DNA of 64,000 nt, taken from positions 32,603,952 through 32,667,951 of the forward strand of contig NC_068985.1 of the NCBI RefSeq assembly GCF_001194135.2, read 5' to 3'. The notes below the pieces were generated by a model, which saw only the letters and a list, made by a program, of their open reading frames with translations, was not told the DNA's origin and did no database searches. Of this stretch, positions 51,743 through 64,000 are shown piece after piece. Numbering within the stretch: position 1 is the stretch's first letter; every line of letters starts with the position of its first letter. Origin of the DNA: Octopus bimaculoides. Its lineage: Eukaryota. A program made the position numbers and the translations under genes.

Positions 51743-52619
51743 CACATAAATAATAGTCATTACATATCTTTCTTTATTGTAGTAAATTTGACTTACAGCT
51801 GTTTCCAGTAGTTATAGGTTCATTGTTGATAGGATTAGTCAACCGATCAAGTGACTGATTGAATAAACCTACCAATAACGAACCAATAATGACTACTGGA
51901 AATTACAATAAAGAAAAATATGTGATGACCATTATGTATGCCTAGTCTTGTATACATGCATACATATATACACACATGTATACAAACACATATACATACG
52001 CACACACGTGTATATACATACATATACATACATACATGTATATGTACACATATATACTCATATGAATAAAATACAGATTTTTTAAACAAGTTTTGTAAAT
52101 AAAAGAATTTGAAAAAAACTGATAAGAATTAACCAAACAAAATAAAATAACCCTCATTAAATTTATAGTATATTTCTGTATAAGCTGTTTATAAAAAAGA
52201 AACACATCACAGTCTATAAATAGACCTGTGATATACACCCTTATGTACTGTAATGCTAATGAGCACATTATTTCACCCATAAATGTAAGAGCTGCAATGC
52301 TTTTTCAACACTTATATATTTCTTAGACAAATTATTTTGAAGACATTCCTATGAAATTTTTACATGCTAAGATTACTTGAAAGACAAATCAAAGATTTAT
52401 TTTTTAAGCATTAATGATATACATGTCATCTTTTGATAAAACTTGGTTCTTAGAAATATATGTAATTGTTTTATACTTAAGTGAATAGTTAATTTTTATT
52501 AGAATTTTAAATTTACTTGTTTTTGCTGATATCTCATAAGTACATGTCTGACTAAGGTTGAAGGCTTGCTAGCAAATATTTTTTTATAAAGCTTTATGGA
52601 ATGGTAGCTATAATGTTTT

Positions 52620-54232
52620 ATATATATACATACATACACGTACGCACACACACGTGTATATACATACTCACACACATGTGTACATATACATACAAACACA
52701 TACATATATTTGTCTATACATATGTAAACATACATGCATACATACAATACACGCACATACACACGTATATATATCCATGCATGCATCATTATGTTCATAT
52801 ACACATCTCTATACGCACATGCACATACATATGCGGATAGATGTATATACAAATAAAAACATGCAAAATCATAAACGGTAAAACATTTGCCGCAAAACTT
52901 GAAGTTATGAGTTATATATGCATGTACACAAATACACCATCGTGTCTATATGAAGGAAGGAGACAAGTACAACAGGTAGAGTTTTACACTCATATATATA
53001 CAATCATTCGTACACATCTATATATGCACGCACATACACATTTGATATATACTACACGCATATATAGTTACACAATTATAAAGGGTGAAAAATAATATAC
53101 AGAAAAATATATAAAGCAATAAAATATGTATAAGAAATATATAAGAAATGTTAAGACATATGAAAGGCTTGTACGTGAACATAATATAAAAAGCAGGTTC
53201 TATCTGTGATCTGGGGGGGGGGGGTCCAGAAACCTAACAAATGTTTTGCCATATGTGGACATGACCCAAAAAGTTCAGTTCTTGAATTTAGACATGAAGC
53301 AGGGTCTAAAGAACTTTTCCAGATGAGCCATCTTTCCATATCGCAAAGACCACACTTTCCACTGCCGTGGAAACAACAAAATGATGCTGGCTGTTCCTGC
53401 AGAGTTAAAAATTTGTGCCCGCTAAATGGAGCTTGTATGACCGAGGCCATCATTTATGAAGCCACCATAGACTCTACAACCACTAAGGACATATTTTTGT
53501 CAAAGAAATATGTAAGTCTCACAGAGGGAAATTTTAAAGCCAGGTTCAACAATCACACCTTAAGCTTCAGACACGGGGATGAAAGGAAAACAACCAAATT
53601 ATCCAGTTATATATGGTCCTTAAAAGAAAAAGGTGTAAGCCTTACACCAATGGCAGTGGAAAGTGCAGTCTTTGCGATATGAAAAGATGGCTCATCTGGA
53701 AAAGTTCTTTAGATCCTGCTACATGTCTAAATTCAAGAACTGAACTTTTTGGGTCATGTCCACAAATGGCAAAACATTTGTTAAGNNNNNNNNNNNNNNN
53801 NNNNNNNNNNNNNNNNNNNNNNNNNNNNNNNNNNNNNNNNNNNNNNNNNNNNNNNNNNNNNNNNNNNNNNNNNNNNNNNNNNNNNNNNNNNNNNNNNNNN
53901 NNNNNNNNNNNNNNNNNNNNNNNNNNNNNNNNNNNNNNNNNNNNNNNNNNNNNNNNNNNNNNNNNNNNNNNNNNNNNNNNNNNNNNNNNNNNNNNNNNNN
54001 NNNAAGTTTTGCAGTGAATGTGAATGTTTTACGGTTTATGTTTTTGAGTAGGTGTTTTTATTTGTATATACATCTATCCGTGTATGTGCATGTGCATATA
54101 GAGATGTATATATGAACATAATGATGCATGCATAGATATATATACGTGTGTATGTGCGTGTATTGTATGTATGTTTACATATGTATAGACATATGTGTTT
54201 TTTATGTATATGTACATGCGTGTAAGCATGTG

Positions 54233-54263
<31 letters not shown>

Positions 54264-54273
54264 GTGTGTGCGC

Positions 54274-54306
<33 letters not shown>

Positions 54307-54579
54307 TACGTATATGTGTACATATACAGATTCTATGAACAAAGTTTTACTTTCCCTATGCCTATTGGAGTAATTTTCCTTTATTCAACGGTTTTTCATA
54401 GCGTTTTAGTTTGTCTTAATAACTGATAAGATGCCGGAGCAGACTGCAGCCCCAGCGTCTGAAACTCTGAGTTTTATTAAGACAACCAACTAATTGTGAC
54501 ATATTATACTTATAGATAAATTCCTCTATTTATATAATATCGAGGTCTCATTCATTCTTTTCTTGTCATATTATCGTTA

Positions 54580-54580
<1 letters not shown>
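52620..54580 (+). mobile_element. Penelope-like element remnant (GIY-YIG endonuclease end) with long inverted arms
   Basis: CSCRVKNLCPLNGACMTEAIIYEAT...KYVSLTEGNFKARFNNHTLSF...LSSYIWSLK, then PYTNGSGKCSLC...LNSRTELFGSCPQMAKHLL. 52620-53366 is the reverse complement of 53652-54290 (the part under the gap cannot be seen). Confidence 0.82.
54411..54485 (+). ncRNA. Minimal type I hammerhead ribozyme motif, core one base short
   Basis: TTGTCTTAATAA CTGATA AGATGC..GCGTCT GAA ACTC-t-GAGT T TTATTAAGACAA. Confidence 0.6.
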
Positions 54581-54624
<44 letters not shown>

Positions 54625-56324
54625 AAGTTTATATATATATATATATATATATTTATTACACAGTTAATTTTGTATTTAAATAGAACATTAAAAAAAGAAA
54701 GGGAATGCTTTCAGAAATGTAGAAACCAATATCCAGATTTCAAAATAATGGAGTTTAACAAATATAATACAGATGCACACACGTGTGTGTACATATATAA
54801 TAAGCAGCACTTGTATAAAACCCTTGAAGCTTATAGTGCCTCAAGGAAACATGTATTAGATCAGAACTAAAGACAATCATATTCTTAAAAACTGCCATAT
54901 GTAAAATATGTATAAAAAAAAAAAAAAGAATCGTTTTACATTATATTTTACGATTTTCTAGAAAGTGCAAAGTAATGACTCTCTATTATGAAATAAATGT
55001 AACAGAAAAAGAACAAATGCATAGCTTAAAATTAATTTACCTTCAAATCTATCCTACACCTTTGCAAAACATGAAAATCCTAAACTATATGAATAGGATT
55101 ATTAAAAAAATAAAGTATACAATAATATCAACAAACCTTTGCATTCTGAGAGATTAATTCAATTAAAAGAATATAAATAAACTTTAAGTAGAGTTTTTAT
55201 AAGTATAATGGTAAAATTTCAATGTTTGCAACATTCAAGTATCTGATAATGGTCATTTATGTACATAAAATATATGAATTTTGTATAAAAGTTTTCTTTA
55301 GATATTGGAGTTCTTCATGTGTGCATGAATGTGCAGTTAAGTAATTTAAAACAAGTATAAGCCTAGCTGTCAGGACCAATGTCTCATACAGCAGAGAACA
55401 ATGTGTCAATTTAAGATTGTTCTGTTAGTAAAAAAAAAAAAAAATACTTTGGATAGAAACAAACATATTTCAAAGTGTGATATGAAATTGAAAACATGAA
55501 TGATAAAAAGGCATACATAATAGTACAAACAAAAGTATTTATAGCGTGTGTGTGTGTGTGTGTGTGTGTCTGAGTGCATGTGCACCTTTACGTAACAAAC
55601 TGATGTATTAAGACTTAAAGTCAGCACTCCTAGAGGAGGTATTACTTGGCAGGCTTCATTTCAGTGTCAGTATAATTTGGAAAAAACTGCAGAATTCATG
55701 ACAATGCAATAAGGAGTTAAAAATGAAAAGTGAGGTGATGAAAGGAAAGTAAAATTTAGGAAAAAAAAATGTAATAAGGTGAGAAAACGCCAAAAGTTTT
55801 AATTTTGAATTAATACCTTACCTTTTTTCTCCGAAATTGTGAAAGATTATTTTTGTTAGTACAAAATTAGTAGTAACTTTTAAGGCTTTTTGACTAATAC
55901 AGTTCACAACACTTTTCCTTAACCACCAAGTTACATTAAATTCTCAAATTTTTTTTTATCAAAATATAATTAATGTCATCAATTGCCATAACAGAATTAG
56001 TAAAAAGTAAGGTAAAAATATATATAGGTTAACACTCATCTGCTGCTGGTTGTATGATTTATTAAAGGCTATTGTAAGAACTGGTGAGATAGATACACAA
56101 GTGTACAATAGATATAACAAACTCTAAAAAAATGCAATGTAATAAATAAAGTTAATTTAATCTTTTTCAAAAACTTAATATCAGTAATAGTTAAGTTCTG
56201 ACATGTTAACTTTTATCATCTCTTTAGCCTGAATGTCCATTCAACAGAAGTTTTCTAGTAAGAAATTTAAATAATTTTCTTCACTTAAACATAAATAATT
56301 TTAGCTTAAATTGAGATATATTAT

Positions 56325-56362
<38 letters not shown>

Positions 56363-56424
56363 ACTCACTCACTCATTCATTCACACACAAATATAGTTTT
56401 ACATTATTTTCCTTTACTCTAGAT

Positions 56425-56592
56425 AGGCACAGGAGTGGCTGTGTGGTAAGTAGCTTGTTTCCCAACCACATGGTTCTGGGTTCAGTCCCACTGCGTGGCA
56501 CCTTGGGCAAGTGTCTCCTACTACAGCCTCGAGCCGACCAAAGCCCTGTGAGTGGATTTGGAAGACGGAAACTGAAAGAAGCCTGTCATGTG

Positions 56593-56635
<43 letters not shown>
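56425..56635 (+). mobile_element. SINE family A head running into a gap, in the putative 3'UTR of the minus-strand gene
   Basis: ggcacaggagtggctgtgtgg...aaactgaaagaagcc. Confidence 0.8.
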
Positions 56636-57856
56636 NNNNNNNNNNNNNNNNNNNNNNNNNNNNNNNNNNNNNNNNNNNNNNNNNNNNNNNNNNNNNNNNN
56701 NNNNNNNNNNNNNNNNNNNNNNNNNNNNNNNNNNNNNNNNNNNNNNNNNNNNNNNNNNNNNNNNNNNNNNNNNNNNNNNNNNNNNNNNNNNNNNNNNNNN
56801 NNNNNNNNNNNNNNNNNNNNNNNNNNNNNNNNNNNNNNNNNNNNNNNNNNNNNNNNNNNNNNNNNNNNNNNNNNNNNNNNNNNNNNNNNNNNNNNNNNNN
56901 NNNNNNNNNNNNNNNNNNNNNNNNNNNNNNNNNNNNNNNNNNNNNNNNNNNNNNNNNNNNNNNNNNNNNNNNNNNNNNNNNNNNNNNNNNNNNNNNNNNN
57001 NNNNNNNNNNNNNNNNNNNNNNNNNNNNNNNNNNNNNNNNNNNNNNNNNNNNNNNNNNNNNNNNNNNNNNNNNNNNNNNNNNNNNNNNNNNNNNNNNNNN
57101 NNNNNNNNNNNNNNNNNNNNNNNNNNNNNNNNNNNNNNNNNNNNNNNNNNNNNNNNNNNNNNNNNNNNNNNNNNNNNNNNNNNNNNNNNNNNNNNNNNNN
57201 NNNNNNNNNNNNNNNNNNNNNNNNNNNNNNNNNNNNNNNNNNNNNNNNNNNNNNNNNNNNNNNNNNNNNNNNNNNNNNNNNNNNNNNNNNNNNNNNNNNN
57301 NNNNNNNNNNNNNNNNNNNNNNNNNNNNNNNNNNNNNNNNNNNNNNNNNNNNNNNNNNNNNNNNNNNNNNNNNNNNNNNNNNNNNNNNNNNNNNNNNNNN
57401 NNNNNNNNNNNNNNNNNNNNNNNNNNNNNNNNNNNNNNNNNNNNNNNNNNNNNNNNNNNNNNNNNNNNNNNNNNNNNNNNNNNNNNNNTAATTATAATAA
57501 AATTGTTTGGAAACAGAAATAGGAATCCAAATGAAAAGCCACAAATAATTTATTTGTATACTTCACAATGTATTTGAAATTTAATTCAACTAAAACAGGA
57601 AAGAGAATAGATTTAGAGTACTTGTTAACTCTTGTAAAACTGAAATGAAACTCAAACAAGTTTTAAAAAGGTGGTAATAGTTTCAGGAAAAAGAAAAATG
57701 TTAGTTTTTACACAGTATGAGAACAAAAAATCTGGTGAATGGATTAGTGGTGAATTGGATTTAAAAAAAAAAAAAAAAAAAAAATGTTGAAAATTGTCAG
57801 TATGAAAAAAAATATATATATATACCAAATTACTCAATATATAAAAAAAATTAATT

Positions 57857-58000
57857 TTAATATATATAATTCTGTGCAGTTGTTGACTTATCTAAAGAAA
57901 CCATTACATCATCAACATTAGTTTGCAGTTTCTTATATTCATTAGCATTTGGCCGCCGACCACGTTTCTGGTTTCGCCCTTCTATGATGAACGCAATGAT
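57857..58000 (-). CDS. KCT2/TGN38-like cytoplasmic tail exon
   Basis: tctttttctag acceptor, 48 codons including TAA; not in the ORF track because it has no Met start. Confidence 0.9.
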   Translation of the reverse strand: MIAFIIEGRNQKRGRRPNANEYKKLQTNVDDVMVSLDKSTTAQNYIY

Positions 58001-61000
58001 CTAGAAAAAGATAATAATTTTGTTGGTAATAGCTACAAGTATAATAATAATGGTTTCAAATTTTGCCAAAAGGGTAGCAGTTTTGGGGAAAGGGATGAGT
58101 CGATTACATTGACCCCAGTGTTTAACTCGTACTTATTTTATCAACCCCAAAAAGATGAAAGGCAAAGTTGGCCTCAGCGGAATTTGAACTCAAAATGTAG
58201 CGACGGGTGAAATACTGCTAAGCATTTCATCTGGCATGCAAACAGTTCTGCCATCTATAATGATAATATTAACGGTTTCAAATTTTGGCACAAAGTCAGG
58301 AATTATTTTATCGGCACCAAAAGGATGAAAGGCAAAGTTGACCAAAATGGAATTTAAACTCATATTGTAAAGACAGACGAAATGTCGCTAAGCATTTTTC
58401 CTGGCATGCTAACGATTCTGCCAGCTCACTACCTTAATAATAATAACAAAAAAGAGATTATGAGTGCTCACAATTTTTTTTTTTAATTTCTTTTAGCAAT
58501 AAACATCTCCTTTTACAGAAGAGACCATTTAATCATAAGCAAAACATAAGACAAAAGGTATGGGTTGGATGGTTTGAGAGGAGCTGGCAAGCCTGATGAT
58601 TGCACCGAGCTTCACTGTCTGCTTTGACATAGTTTTTACAGCTGGATGTGCTTCCAAGACAATGATATATCATCATCATCATTTTAACATTCAATTTTCC
58701 AGTGCTTACATAAACTGGATGGAGTTTGAGGTTATTGATCCCTTCCTGTCACCAGCCCTCACCAGTTTTCAAACAAAGTAATATTTCTCCTTGGCTAGAC
58801 ATGTTCTTACAGTAAATTGGAAATATATGAGATTGCCTGCATGACAGTGACACTCATTTACAATTATCACACAATGTCAAGACAAGGAGACACAAACACA
58901 TATGCATACACATTTTGTCTGTCTGTATGTATGCATGTATATATATATATATATATATATATANNNNNNNNNNNNNNNNNNNNNNNNNNNNNNNNNNNNN
59001 NNNNNNNNNNNNNNNNNNNNNNNNNNNNNNNNNNNNNNNNNNNNNNNNNNNNNNNNNNNNNNNAAAAATGAAAATAATACTGACATCTCATTTTAACAAA
59101 TATATTTACCAAAATTACATAATGATATCTTGGAATACTAAAGAGTAAATTTATTCAATAAAATTGCCATTGGCTTCAACCACGACCTCCAGACGACTTT
59201 GGAATCTCCTGCAACTCTTCTGGATGATCTCCTTGTTTAAGTTAGTGAATGCTGCTATAATCTTTGCCTTCAGTTCATCTTTGGTGCTACAAAGAGTTTT
59301 GTTGGTCTCTTGCTCAACTGCACCCCACATATAATAATCAAGGGGTTTGCAGTCTGGGGAGTTAGATGGCCAGTTGTTAAGGGTGATGTGGTCCTAGAAA
59401 TTGTCTGACAACCATGACTGGGTTCTCCTGCATGTGTGGCATGGTGCAGAGTCCTGTTGCCAGACACAGGGTCTTCCAGCAGCCACCCTCTTGACCCAGG
59501 GTAGCACTACCTCCTCCAGATACTTGATGTAGGCCTCCATGTTGAATCTGAGACTGTGTGGGAAGATGAATGGAAGCATAATGTTGCCATCACTAGTGAT
59601 CACTCCAATCACTGTAATGTTGACTGGATGTTTGATTTTTATCACTCTCGGAACATGTTTTTGGGACATGGCAAGCCAACGGTTGTTCTGTGTGTTAACC
59701 ATCTGATCCAGGCAGAAATATTTCTCATCTGAGAAAAACCAAAACATGTTCGGTTGGAGGGGATGCTTGAGTTTATTCAAAAGCTTTGATGCATGGTCTT
59801 TCCTCTTGTCCTTGATGGCTTGGGATAAAAATTTGTCCTTTCACATCTTGCATGAGGAATACAGAATGTCTTCATGCACCTGGCGATGGACCTGATTGAC
59901 TTGGAGGGCTCGTTGTCAATCATGGCCTGGATCTCAACAACAAATTCAGGAGTTCTTTTCTTGTCAGAACAATCGGAATGCGTTTTACGAGCTGCCGTAC
60001 CTTCATAATCACCATCAGACTCATTCAATACTCTCAGAATCCTCTGCACTGTCCTCAGATTGACACCCAAACACTTTGAAATGTTCAATTTGGAGCTTCT
60101 GACATGAATGCCAAGCAGCACAGCATGTTGTTTCTAAATTTCTGGCAGAGTGAATTGCATCATGATACTAATTTTCTCACATATAGTGCCCAACTGACCC
60201 TACTTTACAGTGTAGTTGACAAAATCAAAAACAAACAATGCACATGTACAAAATGAAAATGACAACGATATACCCATTGCACCCTGTATATATATGTATG
60301 TATTTGTCCCCCCACCATCACTTGACAACTGATGCTGGTGTGTTTACATCCCTGTAACTTATCAGTTCAGGCTTACAAAAAATAAGTCCTGGGGTTGATT
60401 TGTTTGACTAAAAGTGGTGCTCTAGCATGGCTGCAGTCAAATGACTGAAACAAGTAAAAGAATATGTGTGTGTGTGTACATACAATGAGCTTCCTCCAGT
60501 TTCCATCTACCAAATCCACTCACAAGGCTTCAGTTAGCTAGAGGCCATAGTAAAAGATACTTGTCCAAGACACCACACAGTAAGACTGAACAAGAAGTGA
60601 TGTCTTTGTGAAGCAAACTTAAGCACACAGACTGGTAAACAACGCAGTCAAAAGTAAAAGTTGCAATGTACAGCCAAATGGGTATCAAATTATGCATAAC
60701 CTGTTTACTGGATAAGTGTATTAACCTTTTCATTATAAAAAATTATTTTTAAACTTTTTTTTACCAATTTGTTTCTTTACACATTTTGAAAAAAATTGTG
60801 AAAACAATTATTTTCACAGTTATATGTCCTGTTTTTTAATAACTTATTTAATCTTTTAGCATTTAGACTGGCCATATCTGATCCAAATATTCTACTTGCT
60901 TTTATATATAAACTGGCCAGATCCTGCCTCTCATACTTACCATGCAATGTTATTGTAAAAAATAAATAATCACATCTTTAAAATTACAAAGTTATGAGGC

Positions 61001-62050
61001 AATGCATCATTAATTCAAAACATTGTGGATAAATAAGTATTACATTTGACAGAATAATTCAAATACTAATGGGCTAAAGGAGATGGATAAAAGCTTCCCA
61101 ATCAATAATGATGGCTGACTTCCACCTGTTTTACTTTTTGGAGGGGGCAGTGTTCTTTGCCTGTACAACTGCAGGTTGTGGGGGTGGGGAGGCATTGAAG
61201 TTATGGTCTTTAATTGCATGAGGCATATGAAGTGAATTGTCTAGAAGGATGGTTTCGATAAATGGCTCAGCTGTCAGAAATGAAACAATTGCAGCCAAAA
61301 GATAGCTGAGCTTCAGCCAATTAGCTAACTCAAAAGGGCTGTAAAGTATGTTACATTAAGTAGGCAGTCTTCACTCAACGGATCTAATGGATGAAGAGAC
61401 TATGATGATTGGTTAATGGTTAACTTCAGAGGTAAGGAACAGGTCAAGGATATAGACAGGAGTGGATACTAATGGGTCAGACAGTTGATGGTGGCAAAGG
61501 GTTTGCTCTCTGCACCAACAATACTGTTGTTTAGCCTTGACAGAACAGATCTATAATCAAAGGCATTTCAGCCATGATCATCACATCATTTCCTTAGGTA
61601 TTACATATCTTTGACAACATTATCCAATGTGTTCACCTTTTTTTAAGAATGCAGGTTGTGATTTGAATGCTGTTCTTGCCTGTGGAAGGATTACACAGAG
61701 ACCCCTTTATTTGCTACAGGCTTTAGTGTGCAAGGATTGTGACAGCCAAGAGCTGTGTAGATTGAAGTCACCAAGAATGGTGGCAACAAAGAGAAGGAAA
61801 CAACTGAACCACGGAATGTACTCAAAAAAAGATTAATATATCATCATTAAGTGGAAATGAATTTGCTTCCAGTTATTAATAAATTTATTCATAAGCAACA
61901 AAAATAAATGTTTTACCTTTTGTTTGTTGTGGAAAACAATATATCCAGCAATACAAAGAACAATAGCTGTTAAGAAATAGCCCATGAAATGTGCAGATGA
62001 GGGTGCTTCATTGTAAGCTGTGCTCACTGGAGTTTTCTTTGGAACAGTAT
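57857..62050 (-). CDS. KCT2/C5orf15-TGN38(TGOLN2)-family type I membrane protein, last two coding exons (5'-partial)
   Basis: Exon 62050-61917 (DTVPKK...SSAHFMGYFLTAIVLCIAGYIVFHNKQK, one TM helix) splices AAG|gt...ag|ATC to exon 58000-57857 (IIAFIIEGRNQKRGRRPNANEYKKLQTNVDDVMVSLDKSTTAQNYIY stop). It matches the family pattern HF..Y....TM..HNK.KI....EG....Y..L. Confidence 0.88.
58060..58432 (-). mobile_element. Two tandem SINE family B copies
   Basis: Reverse complement of the family B consensus, twice. Confidence 0.7.
59100..60286 (-). mobile_element. Decayed Tc1/mariner-superfamily element, DD37D (maT) type
   Basis: FSDEK, QQDSAPCH and NSPDCKPLDYY, with 37 codons between the 2nd and 3rd Asp (one is an in-frame TAG). 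Terminus TA-CAGGGTGCAATGGGTA at 60288-60271. Confidence 0.88.
60296..60620. mobile_element. SINE family A fragments (plus tail, minus head)
   Basis: Matches both halves of SINE A. Confidence 0.65.
61090..61800 (-). pseudogene. Very old non-LTR (CR1/L2-like) endonuclease fragment
   Basis: ILGDFNLH and ILDLFLTS motifs only, with many stops. Confidence 0.4.
61917..62050 (-). CDS. KCT2/TGN38-like transmembrane exon
   Basis: cctattcag acceptor, AAG|gtaaaa donor, 134 nt. Confidence 0.85.
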
Positions 62051-62449
62051 CTGAATAGGAATATTTTACAGAATTCATCGTTATTTTCAAAACTGTGTTT
62101 CAATAGAAAAATGGTAACAAAATAGTTAAGTATATTTTTAATTAACTACGTTTTACAATTTACATGAAATAGTAGGAATTACAAATAATCAATTAACTTT
62201 AGTTTGTAGGTAGGCAAAAACTGAAAAAAAAAAAAAAAAAAGAAATCTCCATTTCATGAATTTTGTAAGCCTTACCTGAAAAAACTAAGAATCCAACAAA
62301 ATTTTTTTAACTGAATTATCATAGTGGTATGAGAGAATCTTTTAAACTATTGCTTAATCATCAATATATTGATGTTGATGGAAAATATTTTCAAGAATCA
62401 GACCCAATTATTTCATTTGAAATATTTTATAATACATTCAGAATTTATC

Positions 62450-64000
62450 ATCATCATTATCCTCATTATCACCATCATTTAACATCTGTTTTCCATGCTG
62501 GTATGAGTTGGATGGTTTGACTGAAAACTGTTAAGCTGGGGAGCTGCACAAGGTTTCACTCTGATTTGGCATGGTTTCTACAGCTGAATGCCCTTCCTAA
62601 TGTCAACCACTCCAAGAGTGTAGTGGGTGGTTTTTACATGGCACCTGCATGGGTGCCAGTAACAAAACACTGGCATCGGTCACGATTACAATCTCACTTG
62701 GCTTCACAGGTCTTCTCTAGTACGGTATATTACCAAAGTTCTTGTTCATTTGTCACTGCCTCTGCGAGGCCCAAAGTTCAAAGGGTGCTTTTTATGCACC
62801 ACCAGCAACAACTATGATTTCACTTGGCTTGATAGGTCTTCTCAAGCACAGCATATCACCCAACATTTGAAGGGTACTTTATACATGCCACTGGCATGAG
62901 TGCCAGTTACACAATGCTAGTATCAGCCATGACTGTGATGGGTCTTCTCAAGCACAGCATAACACCAAAGGTCTTGGTCACTTGTCATTGCCTCCATGAG
63001 GACCAACATTCAATGATCATGCTTCATCACTTCGTCCCATGTCTTCTTGGGGTCTATCTCTACCGCAGGATCCCTCCATCATTAGATATCAGTACTTCTT
63101 CACACAGCTGTCCTCATCCATACGCATTACATGACCATACCAGTGCAGTCATGTCTCTTGCACATCACATCTGATGCCGCTTATGCGCAACTTTTCTCTC
63201 AGGATGCTTGCACTCTATTGTGCATGCACACTGATATTACACATCCAGCGAAGTATACTAGCTTCATTTCTTTCAAGCCTTCACATGTCCTTGGCTGTTA
63301 CAGCCTGTGTTTCATTGCTGTGTAGCATGGCTGTTCACACATAAACATCATACAATCTGACTTTCATTCTGAGGGAGAGGCCCTTTTGTTACCAACAGAG
63401 GTAGGAGCTCTCTGAACTTTGCCTAGCCTATTCTTATTTTAGTAGCTACACTCTCAAAGCATCCACCTCTACTACTGACTTGGTCACCTAGGTAACAGAA
63501 GCTGTCAACTACTTCTAGTTTTCCCTGCTGGCATTTGATGGAGTCTATTTTCTGTACATTTTTGGTGTTTATTGTATTTGTGCATCTTCCACACACAAAA
63601 GCTATTTTCTCTGTTAACAATCCTCTGATATTGATGCACTTTTTATGTGTCCGTATCTTACAGTAGACACATCTTATAGAATTACTACCTATGCCTACAA
63701 ATAGAGCAGGGCCATCTGCCTGAAGGGATTTGCAATTTGTTTGCTCTCTTACTAACTAAGACTTTGGTATTTGCTAAATTAACTTTAAGGCCCTTTGATT
63801 CTAGACCTTGCTTCCATACCTGAAATTTCTTCTCTAGTCCTGGTAGTGATTCAGCTATAAGAACAAAGTCATCAGTATAGAGGAGCTCCCAGAGGCAGCC
63901 TGTCTTAATTCCTGTTATAACTGGAGAACTATGATGAACAAGACGGGGCTGAGGACTGATCCTTGGTGAACCCCTACTTGTACCCTGAATTCCTTGCTAT
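62450..64000 (-). mobile_element. RTE LINE 3' half continuing beyond the window
   Basis: VGVHQGSVLSP, YTDD, zinc-finger insert, VVDSFCYLGDQ, RT C-terminus, 3'UTR and (ATG)n-like tail. Confidence 0.85.

Noticed and set aside
51536-51835. Direct duplication of about 110 bp
   Set aside because: It straddles a 10-N gap and a (TA)n tract; likely an assembly artefact.
54670-54870. Plus-strand ORF ending LDQN, reminiscent of the KCT2 tail
   Set aside because: Wrong strand; the real tail exon is at 58000-57857 on minus.
62276-62284. Strong minus-strand donor CAG|GTAAGG suggesting an upstream 9- or 36-nt exon of the KCT2-like gene
   Set aside because: Acceptors are weak and the peptide is uninformative; cannot be supported without transcripts.

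Overview
Eukaryotic, AT-rich, gapped genomic window, most likely an octopus (inferred from the SINE, RTE-LINE and MITE repertoire and the microsatellite load; not verified). It holds two convergent protein-coding genes. ZSWIM8 (substrate adaptor of the E3 ligase that carries out target-directed microRNA degradation) lies on + with 18 coding exons from 448 to the stop at 32510; its 5' end is outside the window. The last two coding exons of a KCT2/C5orf15-TGN38-family membrane protein lie on - (62050-57857). Introns and the intergenic region are filled with SINEs, RTE LINE fragments, a mariner, a DD37D maT element, a MULE fragment, TTAA-MITEs and Penelope-like remnants. The most notable observations are: (1) hammerhead ribozyme motifs in two fold-back Penelope-like elements, one with an intact catalytic core (39747-39814); (2) a 144-bp near-identical local inverted copy inside ZSWIM8 intron 3 that would form a fully paired dsRNA; (3) a candidate 84-nt in-frame cassette exon; (4) a GC-AG intron that also contains a pre-miRNA-sized hairpin. 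All calls were made by eye. Exon numbers count from the window start, and repeat boundaries are approximate.
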